DNA from: the human T2T-CHM13v2.0 reference genome, Homo sapiens
DNA length: 64,000 nucleotides
Direction: 5' to 3' (one strand)
NCBI RefSeq assembly: GCF_009914755.1
Contig: NC_060939.1
The notes beneath the pieces were generated by a model. That model saw only the letters and a list, made by a program, of their open reading frames with translations. It had not been told where the DNA came from and did not search any database. This document shows, piece by piece, positions 41,938 through 59,041 of the stretch (positions are counted from its first letter, which is position 1; every line of letters begins with the position of its first letter). The translations under genes were made by a program, and so were the position numbers.

Positions 41938-44119
41938 TACATACATACATACATACATGGATACATGTATATATACAAAATATGTATACAAAATATGTAT
42001 CCATGTATGTATACAAAATACGTATACAAAATATGTGTGTATTATATATCCATTTTTTTTCTAGAGTAGATGGTTCTTTTAAAAATATTTGCCTGACAGT
42101 ATAAAAATGTGAAGTACATGAATTCCGTGAGCCCTAAAGAGTGGAAGAACACTGTGGTTTTGGCTGACAAATTGAAGATTGCTCAAGGTGGGTCCCGGGA
42201 ACAAGGGCTTCATGGAACATTCTCCTTTGTCTGACCAATTCCTGGTTATCTCTCAGGCCCCATGGTGGAGGTGCCTCTTCTCTGTGCCAAGATGTGGCAG
42301 TCACTGCCCAGGACTTGATGTGCTTGTGTATTTGTCAGTATCTATCAGAGGACTGTGCTCTCGGGGACTCTGTCCTGTCTCTACTTTCTCCCAGCACCTA
42401 GCACAATACCTGGCAGATAGCTGGAATGCACTCTGTGTACAGAATGCACTGGAGCACACTGCAGTAACAGGGGAAGTTTCAGAGACATTCAGTCTGACTC
42501 AGACCCCAGCTGCCACAGTAACTGCCCTGTCACCCTGGACAGAGCCTCGGGGACCTCTTTTGTAAAATAGGAAAAATAGTATCTGCTTCCAAGAGTCCTG
42601 GGGAAGGACAGAAGAAGACTGTACTGGGAAATGCTTTTAAAGGCTATGTTAATTACATTTTATTTTAATTTTATTGGCTTCCCCAATATTTCTTCAAAGC
42701 AGGGACCAGGCCTTCCAATTTAGCCCATGAGGACTTGTCACGGGACACTGCAGTGCCTATTATCTGCTCGCCCCTCTGTGGCTCTTTTACTCAGTAGCAT
42801 TTTCCCAGGTGTCTTGATCTGTAAGTAGGGCTCTGAGCTGGTGCAGATTCTGTGAAAGTCAAGCTCTCCTATGGGTCGGTAACTCTGGAAATCTAGAGAA
42901 TGGGTCAGCATCTGTGACAAGTAAACAGAAAACACATGAAGGGGCCTTTAGGCTACTTTTCTTCCTTGATCATTTAACTACAATGTGCAGAGGGAAGTTG
43001 TGGGTCTGGATCTTAAATCTGGGGAACTGACAAAGCCGTCTTCAATGGACAAATTTCAATCTGATGCTCAGTGTCATGGCACTTGCCGGAGAGGCTTCAT
43101 TGCTTGATTGATGAGGGTGTTGCCAAGGATTTCTATTTTTAATCTTCAAAATTCTTAGCTTGCTTACAACTTGGGGGCTCCACGCACAAGCAGTTTCACT
43201 CTCTTCTAGGAAAATGGACCTTTTTCAAGAAAATTAATTTGTTTCTGAAGGCTCATTCTGATACACACACTCTCTTTCTCTTGCTTGTTTTCTTCTCTAT
43301 TCCCTAAGCGATTTCAAGGGGGCTTGCACTAAGGTAGCCGCCCAACCTGTAAATTAGGAAATAAAGGGAATGAGGTTGTAGTCAGAAAATGGAATAGGAA
43401 AGTACATGCTGGATGGGATTAGCTATCTGTGGAATAAATCATAAGATTATTTGTGTGTAAATATTTGAGCAAAGAGTTAGAGGACACCCCAAACTCCAAT
43501 CAAGTGGACAGTAGAGAATTTATTGAAACAAGTAAATGAGGTATTATATCCAAAGCACCTTGGACAATGCTGGTGCATCGCAGGTAATGAGTAAAAGGTT
43601 GTTACCAATAACACCATCTTCATTACTAAGGTTATTAGGGTACAGTTTGAAGGAGGTGGGACCACTGGATGTGACTGCAGTTTTGAAAAAGAACTGTCAA
43701 CATTTGTGGGAGCACTTCCCACACAGTGGGCACTGGAGTCAATGCAGGTGTATGTGTATTAACTCAACCACACTGTGAGGCACTATTCTTATGCCTATTT
43801 TACAGAATAGGAAAGTAAGCCACAGAAGCAAAATCACATAGCTAACAGTGGTGAGATGTCAATGTACCAGATCTCTCCCCAGAGCTTGTGCCCTGACTCA
43901 CTGACTACGTCAGCCTCCTCCCAAGGCATAAATCCGATCAACTTTTGGTTCATTGTATTAAGAAAGACTTATGAAGACAAGGGAAATGATGAAAGAGAGC
44001 AGGTCAGAGGAAAGTGATTCATCCTGCTGAAGGTGTGGAGGCACAGCTGGAAGCTACTTTCTGCAATCAAAGGATTGTGTTGGTCAGTCTCAGCTAACAT
44101 TCAGTTATAACTAATGTTG

Positions 44120-44420
44120 TTTTATTTTATTATTTTATTTAATTGAGACAGGGTCTTACTCTGTTGCCCAGGTTGGAGTGCAGTAGCACTATCCTGGCTC
44201 ACTGCAACCTCCACCTCCTGGGTTCAATTCTCATGCCTCAGCCTCCAGAGTAGCTGGGGCTACAGGTGCATGCCAGCACGCCTGGCTAATTTTGTATTTT
44301 TTGAGAGACAGGGTTTCACCATGTTCACCAGGCTAGTCTTGAACTTTTGACGTCAAGTGATCTGCCCATCTCGGCCTCCCAAAGTGCTTGGATTACAGGC
44401 GTGAACTACTGTGCCAGGCC
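44120..44420 (-). mobile_element. Alu (S/J)
   Basis: Antisense dimer. Confidence 0.88.
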
Positions 44421-44645
44421 GAGTTGTAACTAATATTGTTTTAATGAATATTTCTATATCATTTGCATATGTTTTTGTTAATCTATAGTTACTGTATTAT
44501 TTTGTTGACATAAGTCACGTGAATGCATCAATGACTCAGATAGTTTTGTGTGTGGCTGTGTGATATAATATATTCAGAGAGGTGGTATTATATCTTAATA
44601 TAAGCTATAAACTTATATTTACACGTTTAAGAAAAACAGAAAAAT

Positions 44646-45004
<359 letters not shown>

Positions 45005-45459
45005 TTACAGGCCCCCACATCCACTTTTCGCAGCGGCGCCCCTCTCTCTTCCTTATCTCCCTCCGTTACCGTGTTCTTAACTTTCCTATCTTTAATTCCC
45101 TTTCTTTTCATTCTAGCTTTACCACCTGCGTATGTATCACCAAATAACTTATTGTTTACTTTTACCTTTTTTTTGCTTTCTATAAATGAAATCACATATG
45201 TTTTCCCGTGACTTGCTTCTTTTGTTCAATATGTTTTTGAGATTCACCCATGTTGCTGTACTTAGCTCTGATTCATTTATTTTCACTGCTGAACATGTTC
45301 ATACAATAGAATGAACTTATGACTAGACTGCAGTTAACTCATATGTTGTCTGTGGTCATTCTAATTGGCTTGTTTCCAGTTGGTTTACTTTTACAGATCA
45401 TGCTGCGTGAACACTGTTGTTCATGTCTGATAGTGCATGTGTAGATGAAAAAGTTTGCC

Positions 45460-45697
45460 TTCTTTTTTTTTCTGAGACAGGGTCTTGCTTTATCACCTAG
45501 GCTGGAGTGTAGTGGTGTGATCACAGCTCACTGCAGCCTTGACCTCCTGGACTCAAATGAGCCTCTGGCCTCAGCCTCCCTAGTAGTTGGGACAACAGGT
45601 GTTTGCCACCACACCTGGCTAATTTTAAAGTTTTTTTTTTTTTTGTAGAGGTGGGGTCTGCCTATGTTGCCCAGGCTGCTCTCAAACTCCTGAGCTC
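45460..45697 (-). mobile_element. AluJ, 5'-truncated
   Basis: Antisense Alu motifs. Confidence 0.82.
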
Positions 45698-46218
45698 TTG
45701 AGTGTCAAATCACAAAATGCTTTCTCACAAATAATAATTGGCACTTAACTATATGCCTCCTAATCTTGATTTAGCATTGACAGAAATACTGCAAATTGTA
45801 AGAACAAACGGTGGCCTCTATGTGCATTTTTTTTTGGCATGCCGACTGGAGAAACAGGCAGTTAGAGCAACAGCCTGCTTTTCCCCAGTGGAGGGCGTTG
45901 TTGTGGGTGGGAATGGTACACTCTTGTCTTTAAATAAGGAATGAAATTAACATACATGTTTTTCATAATGCTGCTTTTAACCTTAATTCAGGAATCTTAG
46001 TATCTTGAATGGTGTAATCTAGGGGTCTAAGCTCTCACATTAGGGACAGAATACCCCATATGCTCAGGAGACGATATCAGAATTTCTTCAGTAGGCTAAA
46101 TGATGGTGCAAAGAATTTGATTTCTGGGAATTTGATAGATTACCAATAGTTAATGTTTTTTGTTTTTGTTTTTTTTCATTTGCTAGAGAAGGAAATTAAG
46201 AAAACCAAGATGTAATGC

Positions 46219-46863
46219 TGTTAGCCGTGGCGAATTCATATGGATCTGCAGAAAACTCAATTCTTGCCTCCTCAGAAGAAAGAATTTGACCGAGGGACAT
46301 AAGGCAGAAGGAGAGACTGAGGCAAGTTTTAGAGCAGGAGTAAAAGTTTATTAAAAATCTTTAGAGCAGGAGCGAAAGAAGTGCACTTGGAAGAGGGCCA
46401 AGCGGATGCCTTGAGAGATCAAGTGTGCTGTTTGACCTTTGACTTGGGGTTTTATACACTGGCACGCTTCCAGGCTGTTGCGTCCCTCCCCTGCCCCCGC
46501 ATTCTTCCCTTGGGGTGGGCTGTACGCATGCACCGTGTGTTTCCTGGAGTTGTACACATGCTCCCTTGAAGCATTCTTCCCTCACCAGTAGAATGCTCTC
46601 AGAAGGTCATATACCTGTGAAACTCTGCTGGTTTGCCTCTTAGTGCCCCTGCGTGAGCCCACTCATCCAACTCCTGAGATCTTAGTTCTGGGTGTTTCTG
46701 CCTATTGGGAGACTGCCTTTCCCTGATCCCGGCTGCATCCAATTATTGTTTTGGAGAGAGAGCTTAACAACTGCCAGACTATCACCTGGTGGTCGCCTGG
46801 TGCAGGAAGGTCAGGGGGGGCTCTCCTGCCCTGCTCATGACTGGGTCGCTACCTTCTGTAACA
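46219..46863 (-). mobile_element. MER50-like ERV1 solo LTR
   Basis: TGTTA...TAACA termini; CAATTCTTGCCTCCTCAGAAGAAAGAATTTGACCGAGG and GCTCTCCTGCCCTGCTCATG motifs. Confidence 0.8.
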
Positions 46864-47424
46864 GTGTTGCATATTTAAAAATCCACATCTGCATCCAAGT
46901 ACTGCAACAGAACACGAAACAATACTTTCTAGAGCCACAGTCAATGAAAGAGTGAGAAAGTCTGTCTTCAAAGTCGTCCCGGAACAGAAACATTTGCCCC
47001 TTGTCTTTTAGATATGATTTCTGTCAATGTAGCGTCCGACAGGGTGGAGAAAGTTGTATTCAGTAAGAAACACTTTTATTTTCCATTCGATTTCCCAAAT
47101 TTGTGTAAAAGAGACACCAAACATTCACTGACGTTCCCGATGACCTGAACTCTGAGATGAAATTTTCTAATTTAGTAAAAATACAGAGGAGGAAAATAAA
47201 CTTTAACAGGAGGAAGGATATAGAACCTAACCTATAGCTCAAGCTATAGAACACTAAGCCAGATACAGCAACCCTGGTGAAAGATTACAAAGGATATTTC
47301 TACAGCTGATAAAATGTCTATTAATATTAATTATTTTATTTTTATAATTTTAAAATATAATTTTAAATATTTTATCACTTATTGTCTACCAATTCTATTT
47401 TTAAAAATTTATTTTCATTTATGA

Positions 47425-48050
<626 letters not shown>

Positions 48051-50211
48051 ATTTTTACTGTCATTGATAAAATGTGATTACTCTGAACGTTAATATTTTT
48101 AATCAACATACTTAAAAATTAATACTAATTTTTATCTAATTTATTTAAAGCCAGCAGACCACATTTGTGTTGAGCAAGCACTTACCTCTCCACCCATGGA
48201 AAAATTTGAGAAACATAACCCCATCTAATCCTACACCAAGATAGGCACTGGGGAAAAAAAGATGAGCAAAACATGTTATTCCTGATAGTCAAGGTTTGGA
48301 GTTTAACTGGGAGATGAACATATACATAAATTAGCAGAATGATAAGGCAGTGTATAAATTGTAATTATACAAGGAAATTTGTATTTGACTGTGATTGCTC
48401 AATAAATTAAGTGGCAGAACTAAAGTCAGGGCAGGTTTCCTTGACTGTGGCACTGTGTCAGTGATATTTTATAATTTTAGTGTTTAATTTGGAAAATTTT
48501 AAGCATATCCAAAAAGAAGAAAATAGTATGATGAGCTACCGTTTACTTTTACACAGCAGCATCAATTATTAAATCTGTGGCCATTTTTATTTCATCTGTG
48601 TGCCAACTACTTCTTCCTGCCCCACTCCCTGGATTATTTTAAAGCAAATCCAAAACTTACTATTCCATCCGTAAATATTATCAGTATGGATCTCTAAAAG
48701 ATACGTGCTGTTTAAAAAAATATAACCTACAATATCATTAAACTACTTAAGAAATTACTACTCTCTAATCTCAAATATTTGGTCAGTGTTCAAATTTCCC
48801 CAATTGTCTTATACACATGTCTGAGTGTGTGTGTGCTTATACTTGGCTTGTTGGAGTAAGGATGCAAATAAGGTTCATACACTGAATTTGATTGATTTAG
48901 CTCTTAAGTGTCTTTTAAATCTAGGTTCTCTTACCCTCTCTTTTTCTTTCTCTTGCCTGATCAATGGGAAAAACATTTATGTAGTCAAGCTTATCCATTT
49001 TTGCTTTATTGCTTCCGGATTTGGTGTAATGGTTAGAAGTAAGAGTTCCCCATTCCCAGATTGCGTAACTTCACTCATGTTTTCTTCTGTATGATTTCAT
49101 ATTTACATTTGAAATTTATTCTAGTGTATGGCATGAAGAATAGATCTAATTTTGCATTTTCCCGGATGACTATCCAAATTCCCAACACCATTTATAAAAT
49201 GCCCATGTTTTTCCCCACAGTGCTTTAAACATTTTTCGCACTCTGTTCTTCAAGGGAGATGTTATTATGAGACTACTGGATGAATAATATTCAGACGTTA
49301 TAACACATAAGGCAATCCACATGTACTGACATAGAAAAATGTCTCTCATATGAAGTAAAAGAAGGTGCAGAATAGCATGTATTATGAATCAACTTTTGTA
49401 TAATAATTATTTATATCTGTACAAAAAAAATTTGGAAAGTCAGTCTTCAAATTGTCAATAATGGTTAATGGTGGTTACCTCAGATGGGGGGAATGAGGGG
49501 GTAGAGTTTTAATTTTTTTCTTTGTAAAATTTAGCATTTATTTATTTATTTATTTATTTATATTATATGCATGTATCATGTTTCATTTAAAAATTCAAAT
49601 TTAAAAAAAGGTCATTAGCATATCGTGAATGTTATTCAATCAATGTTCGGTGAGTTCCACTGCATACCAGTTTGCTTGTATGCTCTGTGTCTAAGGATGT
49701 TTCCCCACCACATATTTTCAAATCACCCGCTTTCTCTGTTTCTGTTTTCTCCTTTCTGAAAAAAAGGGAGCTTCAGGATGCCCTCAGGATGGACAGTCAG
49801 GAGACCCGAGTTCTGGTTTCCACTTTCCTAGGCAGCTCTGTGAACTTGTTAGCCCAAATGCATTGCTTCTCTAACCCTCTGAGTCTGCATCTGTTAAACA
49901 AGGGCTTGGCTCAGATCCTCTCTGTCTTGTCTTGTCCATCGCTGAAATTCTGTGATCTGATATTTACATATGCTCTGCATGGTTATCTGACTAGTTCCAT
50001 CCTAGCCAGGCTGGCCAGTTCCAGTAAGTCCCTGTACATCCAGACTAACTGTGAATAGTATTCATTGAGTATTTACTCTGTCCAGTTATGCCCTGCAGAT
50101 CAGGAGAATGATTTATTTGATTTATATCTAGTAAGTGTCATAGTTGGCAAATAGCAGGGCATTATTTTTTGGGAATTAAAAAGGATTACATAGCTTCTTG
50201 AGTAATCAGGT

Positions 50212-50400
50212 TTTTTTTCTGTTGTTGTGTTTTTTTGTTTTGTTTTTGGTTTTTTTTGACAGGTTTTGCTCTGTCATCCAAGGTGGAGAGTAGTGTCATG
50301 ATCATGATCAGGGCTTACTGCAGCCTCGAACTCCTGGACTCAAGTGGTCCTCCCGCCTTGGCCTCCCAAAGTGCAGGATTATAGGCATGAGCCACTCTGA
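50212..50400 (-). mobile_element. Old Alu monomer or deleted AluJ
   Basis: Antisense Alu motifs. Confidence 0.75.
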
Positions 50401-51132
50401 AAGACCCAGGGTCTTTTTTGTTGTTGGGTATTGAAGTTATTTCCTTCAATAGTTTTTTTTTGTGTAATGCATTTTTAATATAGCTTCTTTTTCTGATTTT
50501 ATGGGTACAGGGCAATTGCATTATAAATGTACTCAACGTAAGCAAAGTCAGCTAAATGTATGTGATTCCAGGGTTTAAAGATGCTTATTTTTCATACAGC
50601 ATGAACTTTAAATGCAAGCTGACTACCTCATCTAGTGCTTAGCTAAAGAAACAGCTATCTGTTCCAGTGCAACAGGAATTACTGGTTGGGTTGATTAAAT
50701 ATGTGTCTGAGTACCATATATAGTAGACAATTAAATGAATTTGACATTGACTATACATAATTTTTCACATTACAAACTGTCATTGGAAATGAATCCTGGC
50801 ATAAAATACATTTCTATTGTAATATATGTTCATAGCAGAAAATTTGAAAAAATATAGCAGAAGATAAAAGTCATCCCTCATCCCTCTATATGGAGATAAT
50901 TGTAATGATTATTAAGGGTGTATGTCTCTTCAATACTTAATTCTATGCAAATATTTATGTGGTAGGATACAACTTTGAGATCCTATCCTAGGTCCTCGCC
51001 CCCTACCTCATTCCCTTGTGCTCTGTCCTGTGGCATTTCTAACAGTCCCACCCGTAGGCCCACCCCATCACTTCTTAAAGGTTCAACATTGCCTTTTGGT
51101 GCTTATATCAGAATTAAAAGCGTTGAAAGTCA

Positions 51133-51570
<438 letters not shown>

Positions 51571-53294
51571 AGAAGGAAAGTGGAGCCAGGTCCCCATCTC
51601 CTAGGGGAGATGAAGAATCTCCTTATGGGGAAAGTCATGTGGGGGGAATGGAAGGCACAGAACACTTGCCTAGAGAAAGAAATTGGTGGGTTTAAGGGGA
51701 ACTATGTAGACCCACCTGAGGGGACCAGTACTGAGTTGCCTCTGACTGAGTGAGCACCATCTGTTGCTGGCAATGAGAGCCCCAGGGGAGCTGCCACAGG
51801 CCCCATTGCCCGCTTGCCCAGTGTAGGTAAGCGTTTGTATTACTGGTGCTGGGGAACTAAGTCTGCAGTTCCCTCCCTGCCACTGTGCTAGGAGTGCCCA
51901 TGGAGGCCAGCCAGTGAGTCTCTGGCACATGGACCAACTGACACAAGTGTTGGCCCTCCGTTCCCTGAGATGCTGCTGCAAATTACTTTGTGTGGCCAGT
52001 GCCTCTCTTGAAAGGTCAAGTACACTTGTGAGCCCATACACTACCTGGATGGGCAGTGGTGAGGTCACAAGGAAAGAGCCAGCTTTGGTACTTTGGTGGA
52101 ACTGTGTGAAATCAGCTCTCTGGAGCACACACCTCACCTTTTAGACATTCCAAATTGGGATCATACTGTATGGCCTATTTGGAGACCCTGTTTTTCCACT
52201 TTATATTCTATCATGTACTTTACCCTCATGATGAAATAGTCTCCCAGAGTGATTTTAATGGTTTCAGAATATCCCATCACGTGAAAGGTACCATGATTTA
52301 CTTTAAAAATCCCCTCTTGTTGGACTTTAAAATGATTTCTAGTATTTTGCTGCTACTAATAATGCAACAATGACCTTCATTGTCCTAAATCTTTGTGACT
52401 GTCTCTGAATTAAAAAAAAAATGCTTAAAATATGGCAGGCGATCACAAGATAACCATGGTGATCATGATTGTCTGGGTTTTGGCTTAATTTTCTAGGATT
52501 ATTGGCAGCTGTTGAAGCAGCTGAGGCCCCACCTGCTTTGCAGATGGGCAAGGCCTGCAGAGGCTCTGAATCGAATTAACACACTGGTTGGAGAAAGAAA
52601 GGCAAACATAGGAATATAAAATTGCCATGGAAACATGCTTCCTGGCTAAATACACATCTTGGTATCTAACCCATATCTCAGAGTCTATGATGACTTGCAT
52701 ATATGAAATGAGGTCCTGCTTTGAGCTCAGCATTTCAGAGGAGACTGCAGTTCCCAGGAGCCTTTGTCCTTCCTCTTCTGCCTCAGACAGGAAGTCCAGT
52801 CTGAGTTGTCCTCACACATGAACAGAAAAACCATGAAATATTAATGCCTTGTTAGTGACTCTGCTGCAAACATTTAGTAAGCATCAGTCCCTTCCTAATC
52901 AATATCCTGTAAATTATGCATAGCAGTGCCACAAAGTCACACTTACTATCCTTTGGGTTACAGTGGTGGGGGGACTAGGAGCAGATACCTGAGGAAGATG
53001 CTAATCAGAGATGGTCACAATCCCTTCTCTATATATTTACTGTAGAACAAATTCAATTGGTTCCAGAGAAAGAGAGTGTCTTATTCATCCAACAACTCAA
53101 GATTTGGAAGTATAATGTTTGAAGTAGCCCAATAGATTACTTTGATTTATCTCCCTCTTTGGCAGTAGGGAGAGGGAAATGGTAAAATTTTAACACATTT
53201 TGTCTCTGCTTACCTAGAAGGAATACATATTTATTCTAAAAAATTTGGAGAATGTAGAAAGATTAAATTTAAAATTTCCCATTTAATTTTAATA

Positions 53295-53607
53295 TTATTT
53301 TTATTTTATTTCTGTTTTTATATTTATTTTTTGAGACAGGGTCTTGCTCTGTCACCCAGGCTGGAGTGCAGTATTATAATCTTGGCTCACTGCAGCCTTG
53401 AACTCCTGGGCTCAACTGATCCTCCCACCTTAGCTTCTTGAGTAGCTGGGACTTGAGGTGTGTGTCATCATGCCCAGCTAATTTTTGTTTTTCACAGAGA
53501 TGAGGTCTTGCTATGTAGTCCAGGCTGGTCTTCAATTATTGACAATCTTCCTGCCTCAGCTTTCTGAAACACCTGAGATTATAGGTGTGAGCCACTGTGC
53601 CTGGCCT
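53295..53607 (-). mobile_element. AluJ
   Basis: Antisense dimer. Confidence 0.85.
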
Positions 53608-53758
53608 GAATAGACATTATTTTAAAGCATAGTTTTAGGTTCATAGAAAAATTGAGTGAAAAGTTCCCACATGCCCCCTCCCCCTACACATGCACAGCCT
53701 CCTCCACTATCAATATTTCACATGAGGATGGTATATTTGTTACAGTCAATGAAGTTAC

Positions 53759-54200
53759 TGTTAAAAAACAAAATTTCAACAAATTGAGTTTAATGATTGA
53801 ATTGGCTTTTATTTGTGATTCATGAATTGTGCAGCATCTCATTTATGAAATAGAAAGGCACTAGGCTAGACATGGCATGGTTTTTGCAAGGTAGGTTGAG
53901 CAGGAACAAGGAAGTAGCACAGTGCAAAAAGCAGATTGGTTAACATCAGGTTACTTCAGGCTACTTTCCTTGTATGAGTTAATGCAGAGGTAGCTTACTT
54001 ATGCTGGCTAAAACTTGCCTGTTTGGGGATTTGGCTATCACATCTCTCCTGATTTCTCAGAAGGCCAGATCTTAAAAGTAAACAGCTTATGTTTTAGTTT
54101 GGTAATATGAAAACTTAGCATGAGTGACTCCCTTTCAGGTTGTCCTGCTGGGGCCTGTGCAGGATCTCCATCAATGGCCTCTTAGAAATTTTATTTAACA
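53759..54200 (-). mobile_element. MER67-like ERV1 solo LTR
   Basis: TGTTAAA...TTTAACA termini; reverse strand starts TGTTAAATAAAATTTCTAAGAGGCCATTG. Confidence 0.6.
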
Positions 54201-54201
54201 C

Positions 54202-54520
54202 GGCTGGGCACGGTGGCTCATGCCTGTAATCCCAGCACTTTGGGAGGCTGAGGCGGGCGGATTGCCTGAGGTAGAGAGTTTGAGACAAGCCTGGCTATCG
54301 TGGTGAAACCCTGTCTCTACTAAAAATACAAAAATTAGCTGGGTGTGGTGGCGCATGCCTGTAGTCCCAGCTACTTGGGAGGCTGGGGCAGGAGAATTGC
54401 TGGAACCCAGGAGGTAGAGGAATTGCAGTGAGCCAGAGATTGCGCCATTGCACTCCAGCCCTGGCGACAGAGCAAGACTCCGTCTCAAAAAAAAAAAAAA
54501 AAAACCAAGAAAAAGCAAAA
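54202..54520 (+). mobile_element. AluS with TSD AGAAATTTTATTTAA
   Basis: TSD at 54184 and 54521. Confidence 0.9.
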
Positions 54521-54711
54521 AGAAATTTTATTTAATACTACGTTGATACCTAGTTATCTACCAACTCCATGGTTTTCATTAGAGTTCACTTTTGGTGTTG
54601 TACTTTCTAAGGGTTTTGAAAATGTATAATGACATGTGTCTACCACTATAATATCATAACAGAATAGTTTTTTACCCTAAAAACTCTGTGCTTTGCCTAT
54701 TCATCCTTTTA

Positions 54712-55004
<293 letters not shown>

Positions 55005-55517
55005 TTCATCCCTTTACTTTTAATATATATGTTTATGTTTAAAGTGAGTTTCTTGTGGGAAATATATGGTTGGCTCTTGTTTTTTGGTCCACGCTGACAA
55101 TTTGTCTTTTAAGTGGTAGATTTAGGCCATTAATGTCTAAAGTGATTATTAATTTAGTTGTGTTGATATCTATCATACTTATTACTGTTTTCTATTGTTG
55201 CCTTTTTCTTTATTTCACTTTTGCCTTCCACTCTTTTTAGGCCATTTGTGGTTTTAATTGACCATTATATAAATTTTCTCAATTTTTTCTTCTTTCTTAG
55301 CATATCAAGTATACTTTTAAAACTTTTTAGTGGTTGTTCTAGATACAATTTGCAATATACAGTTACAACTAATTCAATCTACCTTCAGATAATACCATAC
55401 CACTTCACAAGTAGTGCAAATACCTTATAAAAACAAATAAGCCTAATTCCTTCTTCTCACCGCTTGTATCATTGCTATTATTCATTTCATATATACATAA
55501 GCACACGTAAGTGTATA

Positions 55518-55864
55518 CGGATGCTCTTCAACTTACATTGGGGTTACAGCCTAATAAATTGAAAATATCACAAGGGAAAGATGGATTTAATATACCTAGG
55601 CTGCCAAACATCATAGCTTAGCCTAGCCTATGTGCTCAGAACACTTACATTAGCCTACATATAGGCAAAATCATCTAACAGAAAGTCTGTTTTATAATAA
55701 AGTGTTGAATATCTCATGTAATTTGTTAAAAACTGTACTGAAAGTGAAAAACAATGATTGGATGGGTACTAGAGGTACAGTTTCTACTGAATGTGCATTC
55801 CTTTCATACCATTGTAAAGTCAAAAAAGTTATAAGTTGAACCATCAGACATCATGGACAGTCTG
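55518..55864 (+). mobile_element. MER47A (Tigger family)
   Basis: GATGCTCTTCAACTTAC start; CATCATAGCTTAGCCTAGCCTA and CAGAACACTTACATTAGCCTACA motifs; TA flanks. Confidence 0.85.
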
Positions 55865-57190
55865 TATATATTTACATACACATGAACATACATAATCAAA
55901 TATATTATTGCTATTGTTATTTTGAACAAACCATTCTCTGTTATATCAATCAGGAATAAGAAACATAAAAGTTTTTATTTACTTTTACTTATTCCTTTTC
56001 AAATGTTCTTCCTTTCTTTATGTAGATTTGAGTTTCTGGACTTTATCAATTTTCTTCTCTCTGAAGAAGTTTTTAAAAATATTCCTTGAAAGGAAGGTCT
56101 ACTGGCAATAAATTCCCTCAATGTTTGTTTGTCTGAGAAATTATTTCTCCACTTTTGAAATATACTTTCACAGGATAAAGAATTCTAGTTGAGGCTTTTT
56201 TCTCTAAACACTTTAAATATTCCACTCTATTTTCCTCTTGCCTACAATGTTTCTGAGAATTCAGATGTAATTCTTATCTTTGCTCCTCTACAGGTAAGGT
56301 ATTTTTGTCCTGTATTTTTTTTCCAGAATTTTTTCTTTATTTTTGATTTTCTGTAGTTTGAAAATAATATGCTTCAGTGTAATTTTTTTGTATTTATTCT
56401 TCCTGGTGTTCTTTAAATCTCGTGGATCTGCGATTTGGTGTCTCACATTTATTTTTTGGGAAATTCTGTTATTATTGCTTTAAATATTTCTTCTGTTTTT
56501 TTCTCTATTTCTTCTTTTCCTGATATTCACAATATTTATGTTACACCTTCTGTATTTGTCTCACAGTTCTTGGATATTCTATTCTATTTTTCAGTATTTT
56601 TTCTCTTTGCTTTTTAGTTTTAGATGTTTCTATGGACATATCCTCAAGCTTGGAGATAATTTCCCCAGCCATGTCTAATCTAATGAGCCCATCCAAAGGC
56701 TTTCTTCATTTCTCTTACAGTGTTTTTTGATATATTGCATTTCTTTTTGACCTTAGAATTTTCATCTCTCTACTTACATTGCCCATCTGTTCTTGCATGT
56801 TTACTTTTTTCCACTGGAATCCTTACCGTGTTAATTATAGTTGTTTTAAATTCATGATCTGATAATTCCGGCATCTCAGCTCTATTTCTTCAAACTGTTA
56901 TTTTTCTTTCAGTATGCCTTTCACTTTTTGTTAAAAGCTGGACATTATGTACTGTAGAAAGGAACTCTGGTAAATAGACGTTTAGTGATGCGGTGATAAG
57001 GAGTAGGGGAGGGGAAACATTCTATAGTCCTATGATGAGGGGTTTTAGTGAGCTTGTGTCCCTTGACTATGCACTTCACAGGTGCCTTTAAATTCCCCCC
57101 CTCCCGCTCCACCCTGCTTTAGGTAGGACAGGATTGGTGGAAGGGACTGGAGTCAGATATATCACTTCCCCTAGGTTGGTTAGGCTCTGA

Positions 57191-57403
<213 letters not shown>

Positions 57404-57769
57404 TAATTTTTTTTAAAAATAGAAATGAGGGTCTTGCTTTCTTGCCCAGGCTCAAGGAGTCCTCCTGTCTCAGCCTCCCAAATGTGGGGATTACAGGTGT
57501 GACCCTAAAATATTAATAGTTTCTTTTGAAGGCAGACCTTGTTCAGAAGAAAATAATGCTTTGGTGTACTTCAGAGTAACCACTTTTCCTCTCTTCTCTT
57601 TCCCCTGCTGGAAACATAAGATTTTTCTTCAGTCTTCATTGTGGGAAACTGGTTGAGCTCCTGGACTTAAAACTAACGAAAGCCCCTCAATAACTACATC
57701 TCCCTGGAGTTTTGGTGTGACAGACTTGTTCATACTGAGCCTCCAGCAATTTGTCATTTATAGGTTAGG

Positions 57770-58291
57770 TCCCTTTCTTTTCCTTCCTTCCTTCCCTCCC
57801 TTCCTTCCTTCCTTCCTTCCTGCCCTCCCTCCCTCCCTTCCTTCCTTCCCTCCCACCCTCCCTCCCTTTCTCCCTCCCTGCCTCCCTCCTTCCTTCCTTC
57901 CTTCCTTCCTTCCTTCCTTCCTTCCTTCCTTCCCTCCTTCCCTCCCTCCCTCCTTCCCTACTTCCTTCCTTCCTTCCTTTCTCTCTCTCTCTGTCTCTCT
58001 CTCTCTTTCTTTCTATCTTGACAGGGTTTCACTCTGTTGCCCAAGCTGGAGTGCAGTGGTGTGATCTCGGCAACCTCCACCTCCTGAGTTCAAGTGATTC
58101 TCCTGCCTCAGCCTCCTGAGTAGCTGGGACTACAGGTGCAAGCCACCATGCCCAGCTAATTTTTATATTTTTAGTAGAGACGGGTTTCACCATGTTGGCC
58201 AGGCTGGTCTTGAACTCCTGACCTCAAGTGATGCTCTCACCTCGGCCTCCCAAAGTGCTGGGATTATAGGCGTGGGCCACTGTGCCCGGCC
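57770..58291 (-). mobile_element. AluS with an expanded (CCTT/CCCT)n tail
   Basis: Low complexity 57770-58015, then an antisense Alu. Confidence 0.88.
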
Positions 58292-58617
58292 AAGTCGGGT
58301 TTTTCTACCCGAGTACTGGTTCCCATGGGGTTTTCTGCTCCAGTATGTTATGATTCTCCATATCTGCCTGTTCATCTCTCCAATTTTGGGGTCAATGGTT
58401 TGCTCTGTGACCTCACTTCTCTGATTCACCTAAAAAGAGTTGTTGATTTTTCAGTTTGTTCAGGTTTTTTCTTATTGTTAGGATGAAGTGGCAACTTCCA
58501 AACATATGTCAGACTGGAATTTTTTAAGAGATATTTTTAAAAATGCCTGTAGACATCCCTAAAAGATTTAGATGCTATTAACTATTTCAGTGCATTTCCA
58601 TGTGCATCTATATATGA

Positions 58618-59041
<424 letters not shown>
